Positions 1 to 8,706 of a stretch of 64,000 bases of DNA are shown piece by piece. Both the position numbers and the translations under genes were made by a program. Within the stretch, counting starts at the first letter, position 1. Every line of letters starts with the position of its first letter. This DNA is from Armatimonadota bacterium (GTDB taxonomy: Bacteria; Armatimonadota; Fimbriimonadia; Fimbriimonadales; Fimbriimonadaceae), in the NCBI GenBank assembly GCA_031400935.1, contig JANNQV010000028.1:186001-250000 (forward strand), given 5' to 3'. The notes below the pieces were generated by a model. That model was given only the letters and a program-made list of their open reading frames with translations. It was not told the DNA's origin and did not search any database.

Positions 1-653
1 TTTGCAGCGATCCGAGCGACTTCTTTCCACTGCTCGCCATTTAGCTTTTTGCCAAAGAGTTCATGATGAACTCGTTCGCTCAAAATCTCGATTCCGCCAC
101 CGGGGAGAGAATCCAAACCAGCTTCAATCAAATCCCGCAACGCATGTTCAATGGAAACTTTTCCGACTCTTGCGATTTCTACAATTTCAACCGCGGTAAA
201 GGCCTTGACATGAACTCCGGGCCGAGATTCTTTGACCGTTCGCACCAAGTCCATGTAGTACGAATATGGGAGCCGCGGGTTGATGCCGCCGACCATGTGA
301 ACTTCGGTGATGGGAATATCCTTGTGCCAATCGAGCCGCCTCATCACTTCGGGCATGTCGTATTCGTATGGGGTCGGCCCGCCCTTTTTGGCGTAAAAGC
401 TGCAGAATTTGCAGAACTTGTTGCAGATATTGGTGTAGTTGATGTGCTGGTTTCGTACCCAATAGGTCTTCCTTCCGTGCTTCCTTTCGCGAACGAGATT
501 CGCCATGTATCCGACGGCAGTCAAGTTGGGCGTGTTGTAAAGCCGAACTCCGTCTTCAAAACTGAGCCGTTCGCCGGCTTCGACTTTTCGGTATATGTCT
601 ATCAGTTCAGTTCCGACTGCTTTTTCAGAGGAGAGTTCGAGAAAGGATTGCAT
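1..653 (-). CDS. mqnE: Aminofutalosine synthase MqnE (CofH-family radical SAM); 3' end runs off the window
   Basis: Not in the ORF track because there is no stop in the window. Manual translation from ATG at 653 gives MQSFLELS...NQHINYTNICNKFCKFCSFY (CxxxCxxC)...EVHMVGG...HVKAFTAVEI...SLPGGGIEI. Confidence 0.85.
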   Translation of the reverse strand, partial: MQSFLELSSEKAVGTELIDIYRKVEAGERLSFEDGVRLYNTPNLTAVGYMANLVRERKHGRKTYWVRNQHINYTNICNKFCKFCSFYAKKGGPTPYEYDMPEVMRRLDWHKDIPITEVHMVGGINPRLPYSYYMDLVRTVKESRPGVHVKAFTAVEIVEIARVGKVSIEHALRDLIEAGLDSLPGGGIEILSERVHHELFGKKLNGEQWKEVARIAA

Positions 654-701
654 TACAGCACTAGGGTACCCGATGAGATTTCAATGATCGTTGAAAGTTG
701 C

Positions 702-1931
702 TCACGCCCCCTCAGGAAGCGCAGGAGGGCCACTTCCCCCTCCCAACGTCAAAGCCTTTGGCTGCCACACCCAGCCTTTGGTATCGCTGATCTCAACCTG
801 CTCCCTGCCAATCGCCATTGCACCGCCCGGAACGTATTGCGCCGCCGCTTCGCTGATTGCAATCCCTCCCGGAGGGGCGACTTTTTGCATGTGCGCTGCA
901 ATGTCAATCACCGAAGCAAAGTTAAGCTTTGTAATGTCTTCGCCAGCGGGGGCGTTGACCACTCCATAGTGAATTCCAGCCCGAAGTACAATGGGGCTCC
1001 CAATCTTGTTTTTGAAAGCATTTAGCTCGACGATTCCGCTCTGCATATATCGCGCCGCAGAATAGGCTTGTTGGGGGTGCTCGAAAGCGCAAGTGACTCC
1101 ATCGCCAGCGGTCGAATGGACTTTACCGCCGTACTTGGTAACGATCCACGAAACCCAATTGTGATACTCGGTGAACGTGTATTCTACGCTTAGCGAATCT
1201 GCGTTTTGTTTGAGTTGAGTCGAGCCAACAACGTCCAAACTCAAAAAAGAAATGGATTGCTCGCCTGATCTTAGCCGGTCTTGAAGGTCAACTAGCTGTC
1301 GTAAAAGATCTTGCCGCTCTGTTTGAGAATCCCTTCCTCCGATTTCCTTTTTCAACCTGGAGGCAATGGTTTGGATCGCTAACGCCCCCAACCCAAACCC
1401 GATGATAAATGGGAGGATCAATCCAGATGAAACTGTTTCGGTTCCTCGAAAAGCCAAAAGGAAGAGAGACCGAGTTACGAAGAAAACACCGCCGAACAAT
1501 GCCCCTGCAATTAACGCCGTTTTCGTTTCCCGACTAACGGCGAAGTTCCACAAAGCAGCAATCAAGATTGCTCCTGCCGCTACACCCATGAGGCCAAATT
1601 GATCGCCAAATTTTGAACCGACAACGTTCAAGAGTCCAAAATTAGTAGCTAAAATGCCGCTTCCAACATATCGGCGAGTGTCTGGGTCAAGCCCCAAAAT
1701 TGCGTGCCGAATCGAAGAAAGTAAGCCACGCTTTGTCTTGCCTTCGGGCATTCTGCCGACGATTGCTCGGACATGTTCAACGGGCAAGTGCGACAGTTCA
1801 GCGACAGCTGCAATGGCTTCATCGTCAAGTTCTGAACCCATTGACATGCGAAGCCGTTCAGCAAGCTCAAGCATGTGCACAACTTGATGCTCTGAAATGT
1901 CTTCTATGTGCTCAAGTGATTTTGTTTCCAC
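702..1931 (-). CDS. Membrane-anchored class III nucleotidyl cyclase domain protein
   Basis: About 4 TM segments and a coiled coil, then SLDVVGST / STAGDG / RAGIHYG cyclase motifs. Confidence 0.8.
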   Translation of the reverse strand: METKSLEHIEDISEHQVVHMLELAERLRMSMGSELDDEAIAAVAELSHLPVEHVRAIVGRMPEGKTKRGLLSSIRHAILGLDPDTRRYVGSGILATNFGLLNVVGSKFGDQFGLMGVAAGAILIAALWNFAVSRETKTALIAGALFGGVFFVTRSLFLLAFRGTETVSSGLILPFIIGFGLGALAIQTIASRLKKEIGGRDSQTERQDLLRQLVDLQDRLRSGEQSISFLSLDVVGSTQLKQNADSLSVEYTFTEYHNWVSWIVTKYGGKVHSTAGDGVTCAFEHPQQAYSAARYMQSGIVELNAFKNKIGSPIVLRAGIHYGVVNAPAGEDITKLNFASVIDIAAHMQKVAPPGGIAISEAAAQYVPGGAMAIGREQVEISDTKGWVWQPKALTLGGGSGPPALPEGA

Positions 1932-2098
1932 GAGTTTATTGTTAAGGGTTTAAAAAGACATTCATGCAGTTGCTTGAATCAAAAACGATTGAGAATACTC
2001 TTTAGTTTATAGCCGTACAAACTTACAAATGAGATTGTACTCGCCAGAATACGATTTCTAAGCACGGAAGGATGCGAATTTGCGTCTAGTTAGGAAAG

Positions 2099-3325
2099 AT
2101 GGACGAGCCAATAACCTCAAGGTGGGTCGGTTTTGCGTGGGGAATCATTGCCCTTTCGTTTGCCATGTTTCTCACCGGAGGAGCCCTTTCTAGCATCTAT
2201 CGGCCTCAACGAGCTGCTGTAGACGAGATATTTCGCCCTGCGATTGAAAGCGGTTTCTGGCATTGGATAGCTGGGTTTCATTATTGGGGATCGGCCTTTT
2301 TGCTTGTTGCCTCCGCATTTTCAATCGTTTGGCTGTTTTTAGCAGGATTCAGGAGTCGGGCTCGAAAATTTTGGTTCCCTTCGCTGTTATTCGCGTTAAT
2401 TTGCTTTTCCTTACAAGTAACCGGAAACGCGTTGCCGCTCGACCAGCATGACGTTCGAAGCGCAAACGTGGAAATCTCGATTGCGGCTCAAGCTCCTGTT
2501 GTGGGGCAAAAAATGGCGGAATTTCTTCGACAGGGTGCGACTTATTCTGATTCTACAACTCGACTTTGGTACGGATTGAGCATCGGTCTAGTCGTTGTGA
2601 TGGCGCTCGTTTGGCTTTGGCAGTTTGTTTTGCTTCGTTCAAAAACAGGAGCCAAGCTGGACATTTTTGACCGAGTTCTTGGCGCAATGGTTGTTGCCGT
2701 TCCAATTTGTCTTGCTGCAATGCTCCCGCGGGCAACGGGCGAGATTTACAATCAAGTAGATGCATCGTCTCTCGCGGCAAACCCAAGCTGGTACATACTG
2801 CCGCTGCACTGCTTGCTGGGACTTTTTGCTTCCATTTCTCCCAATTTGGGATGGGTGGGAGCCATGCTAATTCCCGGAGTCTTGACTCTGATTGCCCTGA
2901 CTGCACCACGTTGGGCACTTGCTTTTTCGCCCCGAAAGAGATTAGGGGTTGTTCTTGGATGTTCGGCAGTACTTGTATTGCTTATTGCTTTTTCAGGAGT
3001 AAATCCTGCTCCTATTTCGGGTGTTCAACCAGTTGAAATTGAAAGTGTAGGCAAATCTGGACCTCCAATTGACAACGATCTTGTCTTAATAGGGAGCAAG
3101 ATGTTTAAGAAAAACTGTACGGGTTGCCACGGCATCGAAGGACATGGGGCGACTGCTCCCGATCTCCGAATCATTTCCAAACGAATTCAAGATCCAAATT
3201 GGTACATGGACTTCATTCGCGATCCTAGATCAAAACGATCTGGTTCTACCATGCCAGGCTTCCCGAATTTGCCCATAGAAGAGCTAAAGGGATTGGCGGA
3301 CTGGGTTCGAAGCCGGAACCCGTAG
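2099..3325 (+). CDS. Cytochrome b-like membrane domain fused to a C-terminal cytochrome c
   Basis: TGNALPLDQ and NPSWY (PEWY-like) cytochrome b motifs; CTGCH heme-c motif and MPGF distal Met. Confidence 0.8.
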   Translation: MDEPITSRWVGFAWGIIALSFAMFLTGGALSSIYRPQRAAVDEIFRPAIESGFWHWIAGFHYWGSAFLLVASAFSIVWLFLAGFRSRARKFWFPSLLFALICFSLQVTGNALPLDQHDVRSANVEISIAAQAPVVGQKMAEFLRQGATYSDSTTRLWYGLSIGLVVVMALVWLWQFVLLRSKTGAKLDIFDRVLGAMVVAVPICLAAMLPRATGEIYNQVDASSLAANPSWYILPLHCLLGLFASISPNLGWVGAMLIPGVLTLIALTAPRWALAFSPRKRLGVVLGCSAVLVLLIAFSGVNPAPISGVQPVEIESVGKSGPPIDNDLVLIGSKMFKKNCTGCHGIEGHGATAPDLRIISKRIQDPNWYMDFIRDPRSKRSGSTMPGFPNLPIEELKGLADWVRSRNP

Positions 3326-3384
3326 GACTTTACGATTTGCCCGAATCGGTTTACAAGCTACATAGTATTCAACTCTTTCGGAAT

Positions 3385-3580
3385 CTCGCGCAAAGGTCGC
3401 TAAGGATCGCAGCAACAAATTGCATAACTCAGCGTGAAACAAAACAGGTTGAAAATATCTCGCCAACGAATGGCTCGCAAAGACGCTAAGAACGCAAAGA
3501 ATTGTTCCGATCCAAATCTTGTTCGATTGTGTGATCAGAGTTAATTTCCCTTTGCGAGCTTTGCGTCTTTGCGTGAAAGA
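3385..3580. repeat. Cluster of REP-like nonamer repeats (CTTTGCGNN)x3 in alternating orientation
   Basis: GCTCGCAAAGACGCTAAGAACGCAAAG at about 3473 and CTTTGCGAGCTTTGCGTCTTTGCGTGA at about 3550; same family as 18920-19290. Confidence 0.75.
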
Positions 3581-3614
3581 CAAAAAATTGCCTTTTCTCC
3601 CCAAATGGACAAGT

Positions 3615-4328
3615 CTACGGACAACCGTTCGGTGGTGGTGGCGGGGGGCCAGAAGCCGGACTGATTACTATGTTTGTAAGCAAGAGCACATTTGCACCCA
3701 CGGAAAGTGCTGGAAGTGGTGCCGTGCAGGTTGCATCGAGCATCGTGTAACGCTTTGAACTGTAGAGATACTGCTTGTAAAATCCAGAACTAATTGATGA
3801 AGACCTAATATGAAATCTGGTTGCCGTTGTAGGCACAGCGGCGGAGAACGAACCATTCGGTATCGTGGTTGCCGTAGCGACTATGGTGTTGCCGTTTTTG
3901 AACTCGACAATCGCATTCCCGATACCGCCAAATGTATTCCCGTCAACTACACGCCCTCTGACCGTAGCCGTTGTAGGGTCAACTGAAATAGCCGAAGTAT
4001 CGGAGCCGGTTACCCCGATTCTTGTTGCAGTTATCGTCGAAACCCCACTGGCAGGAGCCGTAAAAGTCGCAGTTCCAATTCCCGTCGGCGAAACAAGCCC
4101 GGCATCCGAACTCCACGATACATCCACATTCAAGAAATTCGCTTGAGCCTGAAGTTGAACAGTTCCACCTGCTCCAACATTTGCTGTTGAAGGATATAGG
4201 GACAGCGCACCGCCTCCATTCGTTCCATTGGTTCCTGTTGACCCACCTCCGCCGCAGCCAACACTTGAAATTCCAATGAGAATTCCAATAACAAGAAAAG
4301 CGCATATTGCGGGGAGGATGGTTCGCAT
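3615..4328 (-). CDS. Lipoprotein with Ig-like and carboxypeptidase-regulatory-like beta domains
   Basis: Lipobox SVG-C followed by a Gly-rich linker; VRGRVVDG motif; C-terminal PPPPPNGCP. Start moved to 4328 to avoid overlapping cdd. Confidence 0.7.
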   Translation of the reverse strand: MRTILPAICAFLVIGILIGISSVGCGGGGSTGTNGTNGGGALSLYPSTANVGAGGTVQLQAQANFLNVDVSWSSDAGLVSPTGIGTATFTAPASGVSTITATRIGVTGSDTSAISVDPTTATVRGRVVDGNTFGGIGNAIVEFKNGNTIVATATTIPNGSFSAAVPTTATRFHIRSSSISSGFYKQYLYSSKRYTMLDATCTAPLPALSVGANVLLLTNIVISPASGPPPPPPNGCP

Positions 4329-4377
4329 GAGAGTTGAAGTTACCTTACCGTTTGACCGCATGAGAACCCCAATCGGT

Positions 4378-4794
4378 TCATCCAAGTTCATCGGAGTGGA
4401 ACGAATCAGGGAAAATTGAAGCAAATTCGAATTCTCTTTGGAGTCCCGACTCATCAACGCACACAATTCTGCAATTTGTTGACGCGAACTCCGAAATCAC
4501 TTGGCGGCAAGCCCCGCATGGCGTTCCGCCGTCTTTTGTTGCAACGACAACCAAATCAATTTCAATCTCTCCAAAGAGTGCGACCGCAGTGCAAATTGCA
4601 CTTCTCTCGGCGCATTGACAGAGTCCAAACGAGATATTTTCGACATTGCACCCGCCGACAAGATGCCCCTCGCCATTCGCCTGAAAGCCAATCGCTGCGC
4701 CAACTGCATATTTGCTGTAGGGGTTGTATGCGTTCTGACGGGTTTGATTCGCTAATGCGACCGCTTCTTCGATCATATGAATATTTTTGTACAA
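4378..4794 (-). CDS. cdd: Cytidine deaminase (tetrameric type)
   Basis: AYNPYSKYAVGAA, GCNVEN, CAERSA and PCGACRQ motifs. Confidence 0.93.
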   Translation of the reverse strand: MYKNIHMIEEAVALANQTRQNAYNPYSKYAVGAAIGFQANGEGHLVGGCNVENISFGLCQCAERSAICTAVALFGEIEIDLVVVATKDGGTPCGACRQVISEFASTNCRIVCVDESGLQREFEFASIFPDSFHSDELG

Positions 4795-4799
4795 TTTCG

Positions 4800-6614
4800 T
4801 TAAAGAACGTTTCTAGAAACGGAAGGGGCGCCAGGCAGAATTACGTCCGCGACGGCGAACGATCTTCGAATATCTTGCAGGCAAACCTTAGCGCGATGTC
4901 CGATGTGTTCGTGCCCCTCAATAAGTTCTATATAATAGCCACTATCCGTCCAGCCGACGACCTTATTTGTGTTTTCAAACGAAGAACGCCGAACATTGCA
5001 TTCAACAACTTGTGCGCGTCGAAATCCCATTTGCTCCCCGTCTTGTTTCTCAATTGTGCTAGAAGTTATTTCGTATTCTTCGTATTCCATATCAAAGTTC
5101 GCACGAATATAGATACCTCTTCGCATTTCGTGTTCAAGGTTCTCGACATTCTCACCATCTGCCCCAATTAGAGCCTCAACCGCAGCTGGGTGACATTCGA
5201 CAAAGAACGCATTACCTGCATCGCCGATCTTTCGCCACATGTCTCGTTCGATCCAAAGCGAGACCGTTTCCTTGCTTGGGATTCTGCCTTGGCCTAAGCA
5301 CATTGGACAAATATCCGAAATCGCTTCCGTGACCGATTCGCCAGTTCGTTTCCTGGTGATTTCGACAAGTCCTAGCGATGAAACTCGTCCAATACGAGTT
5401 CTCGCTCGGTCTCTTGCTAGCTTGTTTGTAAAGTGGTCTAGAACACGTTTCTTATCGTCAACTGATTCCATATCAATGAAATCAATAACGATTATTCCTC
5501 CCATGTCACGCAGACGAAGCTGCCTGCAAACCTCGTCGGCAGCTTCCATATTCGTTTTTAAAATCGTATCGCTCAGCGAAGTCGTGCCAACTTGTTTGCC
5601 CGTGTTGATGTCAATTGCAGTCAGAGCTTCCATCTCGTCAACTACCAAGTATCCGCCCGCTTTCAGCCACACCTTATGTTGGAGTAATCGCTCTAGTTCT
5701 CTCTCAATGTTATAGGCATCGTAAATGGGTACATCTTTGTCATAAAGCGTTATTTTGTCGCGAAGTTCTGGTGCAACGACGCCAGCAACCATATTTACCT
5801 TTTCATATTCGTCAGGATCGTCAATGACCATTCGGTCAATTTCTTCTCCAAAAATATCCCGTACAGTTCGATAAAGCAGCGTTTGGTCTCGATGAACGCA
5901 CGCAGGCGCCCTATGCCGTTTTGCGTTTTGAAGTACCTGCCCCCATAATTGGACAAGATATATCGTGTCTTGCTTCAGTTCGGTTTCAGTTCGTCCTTCA
6001 CATTCCGAACGCATAATTAAGGCGAAACCTTCGGGGCAAATTCTATCTCCGATTCGGCGAAGTCTTTCGCGCTCGTTCCTATCCTCTATCTTGCGGCTGA
6101 CGCCAGCATGGCGCTGCGATTCAGGCATCAAAACGACATATCGGCCAGGCAGGGCAATTCGAGTTGAAACCCTTGCTCCTTTAGTGCCTCTTGGACCCTT
6201 GGTGACCTGCACCATGACATGTTGGCCTTGCTTTAGCAGATCCTTTATCTTCCTTCGGCGGAGTTCGCTGCGTTTCAATCCCGCAGGAGAATTATCTGAA
6301 TTGTCGTCTGGAACAATATCGGCTACATAGAGAAATGCATTTCTCTCTAGCCCAATATCCACAAATGCCGCGTCCATCCCTGGAAGCACGTTTTGTACGA
6401 TTCCCTTGAAAATGGAACCTACAACGCGCTCATCGCGTTCGACCCTGTATTCCATCAACTCGTTATCTTCGAGGACGGCTATTCGGGTTTCACGGTTAGT
6501 CACGTTGACCACAATGTCAACGGTAGGCGGTCGGTTGCTTGCTGGAACAGTTCTGGTTCGGCTTGTCGAGGTTCGAGTTGAAGTTCGTTTTATGTTTGTG
6601 CGCCCGTTGCGCAT
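4800..6614 (-). CDS. rng: Ribonuclease E/G family endoribonuclease
   Basis: VLPGMDAAFVDIG S1 domain, DINTG, LRLRDMGGIIVIDFIDM, CPMCLGQG zinc link. Confidence 0.93.
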   Translation of the reverse strand: MRNGRTNIKRTSTRTSTSRTRTVPASNRPPTVDIVVNVTNRETRIAVLEDNELMEYRVERDERVVGSIFKGIVQNVLPGMDAAFVDIGLERNAFLYVADIVPDDNSDNSPAGLKRSELRRRKIKDLLKQGQHVMVQVTKGPRGTKGARVSTRIALPGRYVVLMPESQRHAGVSRKIEDRNERERLRRIGDRICPEGFALIMRSECEGRTETELKQDTIYLVQLWGQVLQNAKRHRAPACVHRDQTLLYRTVRDIFGEEIDRMVIDDPDEYEKVNMVAGVVAPELRDKITLYDKDVPIYDAYNIERELERLLQHKVWLKAGGYLVVDEMEALTAIDINTGKQVGTTSLSDTILKTNMEAADEVCRQLRLRDMGGIIVIDFIDMESVDDKKRVLDHFTNKLARDRARTRIGRVSSLGLVEITRKRTGESVTEAISDICPMCLGQGRIPSKETVSLWIERDMWRKIGDAGNAFFVECHPAAVEALIGADGENVENLEHEMRRGIYIRANFDMEYEEYEITSSTIEKQDGEQMGFRRAQVVECNVRRSSFENTNKVVGWTDSGYYIELIEGHEHIGHRAKVCLQDIRRSFAVADVILPGAPSVSRNVL

Positions 6615-6744
6615 GATGGGATGCCCCCTGTAAATTCGCTTCGATCTTCGCCGAACGGTCAGTGGGCGAGAAATCGTGTAACCAAATTGTACCTATGTTC
6701 GGCTAAGACGTTAGTCCACCCAGCTTTGATTCGAAGTCAGGCAC

Positions 6745-7092
6745 TTACATTGCACAGGAGGTTGCACTTAAGGCGGGACTCCAATCTCCAGACAAATCCC
6801 TGACTGCCGACAAGACTTTTACAAGCTTTGCCCCATTTTCTGTTAGGGCATATTCGACATGCGGCGGCACTTCGGCAAAAACGGTTTTCTGCAAGATTCC
6901 ATCTTGCTCAAGCCGATTTAAGCATCGGTGCAAGGCCTTCGTAGTTAGGCCATCATATTCTTTTTCAATTCGCCCGGGACGACTCACACCCCTTCCAAGT
7001 GAGTCAAAAATTGCCAAAGACCATTTGCAACCCAAAATTTCGGTTATTCTGTTGTACGCTTCGGGATTTCCAGCAACTGCCTCGTCTACCAT
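6745..7092 (-). CDS. HxlR-family winged-helix transcriptional regulator
   Basis: KWSLAI...LEQDGILQKTVFAEVPPHVEYALTENG signature. Confidence 0.9.
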   Translation of the reverse strand: MVDEAVAGNPEAYNRITEILGCKWSLAIFDSLGRGVSRPGRIEKEYDGLTTKALHRCLNRLEQDGILQKTVFAEVPPHVEYALTENGAKLVKVLSAVRDLSGDWSPALSATSCAM

Positions 7093-7120
7093 AGCTGCAT
7101 TATAACAAATCTTGGAGCCA

Positions 7121-7159
7121 AACTGACAAAAAAGACAGTAACTGACATTTTTGTCAGTT
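7121..7159. promoter_or_regulatory. Tandem palindromic operator, probably bound by the HxlR-family protein
   Basis: AACTGAC-AAAAAA-GACAGT followed by AACTGACA-TTTT-TGTCAGTT, between the divergent regulator and cupin genes. Confidence 0.65.
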
Positions 7160-7220
7160 CTTGTAATTGCGAAATGCGCACTTCACAATATTCTTAGCGC
7201 AAGAGCGCTGGAGGATACAA

Positions 7221-7574
7221 ATGAACACTTTGAAACTAATTTTGGTTGCAATGGCAGCCTGCTTGACCGCAGTTGCCGGAACGCAGGACCCACACAAGGT
7301 CGGTCCGAATATTTATAAAACCAAATTGGAAAACGAGCGATGTCGTGTCTATGAAATCACATTTAAGCCAGGGGCCTCAATTGGAATTCATGCGCATCCT
7401 GATCATGTGGTATACGTCGTAACTGCTGGCACTTTGCAAATTACAGAGCAAGGAAAGGCTCCGATTAAGCTGGTTGGCAAAATAGGCGACACCTTTTTCT
7501 TGCCTGCTCAAAAGCATTCAGCAAAGAATATCGGCAAAACGACCATGAAAGCGCTTGTGGTCGAGTTGCGCTGA
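7221..7574 (+). CDS. Secreted cupin-domain protein
   Basis: GGAGG RBS before ATG 7221; signal peptide; HAHPDH and HSAKN cupin motifs. Confidence 0.85.
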   Translation: MNTLKLILVAMAACLTAVAGTQDPHKVGPNIYKTKLENERCRVYEITFKPGASIGIHAHPDHVVYVVTAGTLQITEQGKAPIKLVGKIGDTFFLPAQKHSAKNIGKTTMKALVVELR

Positions 7575-7578
7575 GCCA

Positions 7579-7729
7579 TTTGGAAGTCCGCGGGCTTGAC
7601 CGCGCCTTTCTTTGAAATTGGATAAAGGAAAATGGATTCGGGATAAAGTCAGATTCGACGCTTTTCTTTATCCCTTGTCCCGTGTCCTTACGTGGTTGAA
7701 AAGCACGGTCAAGCCTGCGCAGACCCAAA
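7579..7729. repeat. REPIN-like inverted-repeat element
   Basis: Arms of about 32 bp, TTTGGAAGTCCGCGGGCTTGACCGCGCCTTTC and GAAAAGCACGGTCAAGCCTGCGCAGACCCAAA, between convergent genes; related to 34510-34624. Confidence 0.7.
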
Positions 7730-7730
7730 A

Positions 7731-8354
7731 CTAACGCGGCTTCCCCCGAATCTCAAAACAATTCCTGCACCGAGCCTCGTAGCTCTCGGTAGCTCCGATA
7801 AGCACAATTGGATCATCCCACTTCACAGGTTTGCCATCAACCATTCGGTATGTGTGGCTTGCCGGTGCGCCGCATTTCATGCAAATCGCCCGAAGTTTGA
7901 TGACCTGATCTGCAGCAATCAGCAATTCAGCCATTGGCCCAAACGGCTGACGACGAAAATCTTGATCCAGTCCTGCGCAGATGACTTCGACGCCTTGATC
8001 AGCAAGCTCAACGCACAGATTCACGAGCGTTCGGTCGAAAAACTGGGCTTCTTCGATACAGACAACTTCGGTTTCTGGGTCTACAAGCTTTCTCAACTCC
8101 GCAACGCTCAGAGCCGGAATTGCTTCGTGCTGAACTCCCATGTGTGTGACAACCATTGTTTGGTGGTATCGGTCGTCAATCGCTGGCTTGAAAACTTGCA
8201 CCTTTTTCTTTGCGTAAAGTGCCCGGCGAGCCAGTCGAATCAGTTCTTCTGACTTGCCTGCAAACATCGAACCGCAAACAACCGTTAGCGAACCTAAAAT
8301 TCGCAACCGTTTTGAAGTGGTTTTGTTAGATTTCTTCGTTTTTGCTGCAGGCAC
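7731..8354 (-). CDS. tdk: Thymidine kinase
   Basis: GSMFAGKSEEL P-loop, IEEAQFF, GLDQDFR, YEARCRNC. Confidence 0.95.
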   Translation of the reverse strand: MPAAKTKKSNKTTSKRLRILGSLTVVCGSMFAGKSEELIRLARRALYAKKKVQVFKPAIDDRYHQTMVVTHMGVQHEAIPALSVAELRKLVDPETEVVCIEEAQFFDRTLVNLCVELADQGVEVICAGLDQDFRRQPFGPMAELLIAADQVIKLRAICMKCGAPASHTYRMVDGKPVKWDDPIVLIGATESYEARCRNCFEIRGKPR

Positions 8355-8358
8355 GACT

Positions 8359-8679
8359 CTATTCTCCTAAATCATCAACATCCAGTTCGTACATTTCTTC
8401 CATTTCGTCCGCCATATCGTCGTCCATTGCCCTTCCCATTTCCCGAACCATTTCGCGGGCTTCTGCTGGAGATTCGGGCTCGTTCATATTTTCCAAACGA
8501 TCTGCCATCTCGTCAACTCTTTGATCCTCTGTTCGGTACTTTGCAACTCGGCTAACAAGTTTATCGGCACTCGTCCCCGAGCAATGTGGGCATTCTAATT
8601 CACCAGAATCTGCGGTCATTCCTACCAAACTGGCAAATTTCTTTCCGCATTGATTGCATCGAAACTCAAAAATTGGCAT
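8359..8679 (-). CDS. FmdB-family zinc-ribbon protein
   Basis: MPIFEFRCNQCG...CPHCSG followed by an acidic tail. Confidence 0.85.
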   Translation of the reverse strand: MPIFEFRCNQCGKKFASLVGMTADSGELECPHCSGTSADKLVSRVAKYRTEDQRVDEMADRLENMNEPESPAEAREMVREMGRAMDDDMADEMEEMYELDVDDLGE

Positions 8680-8706
8680 GTTGTTTGGCAGTGCGCAGGC
8701 TCGAAC

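Noticed and set aside
63..1025. 320-aa plus-strand ORF
   Set aside because: Antisense shadow of mqnE and the cyclase gene; no motifs of its own.
7572..7620. Selenocysteine readthrough at the cupin TGA followed by a hairpin
   Set aside because: The cupin domain is complete at VVELR, there is no Cys-equivalent context, and the hairpin is a REP arm.
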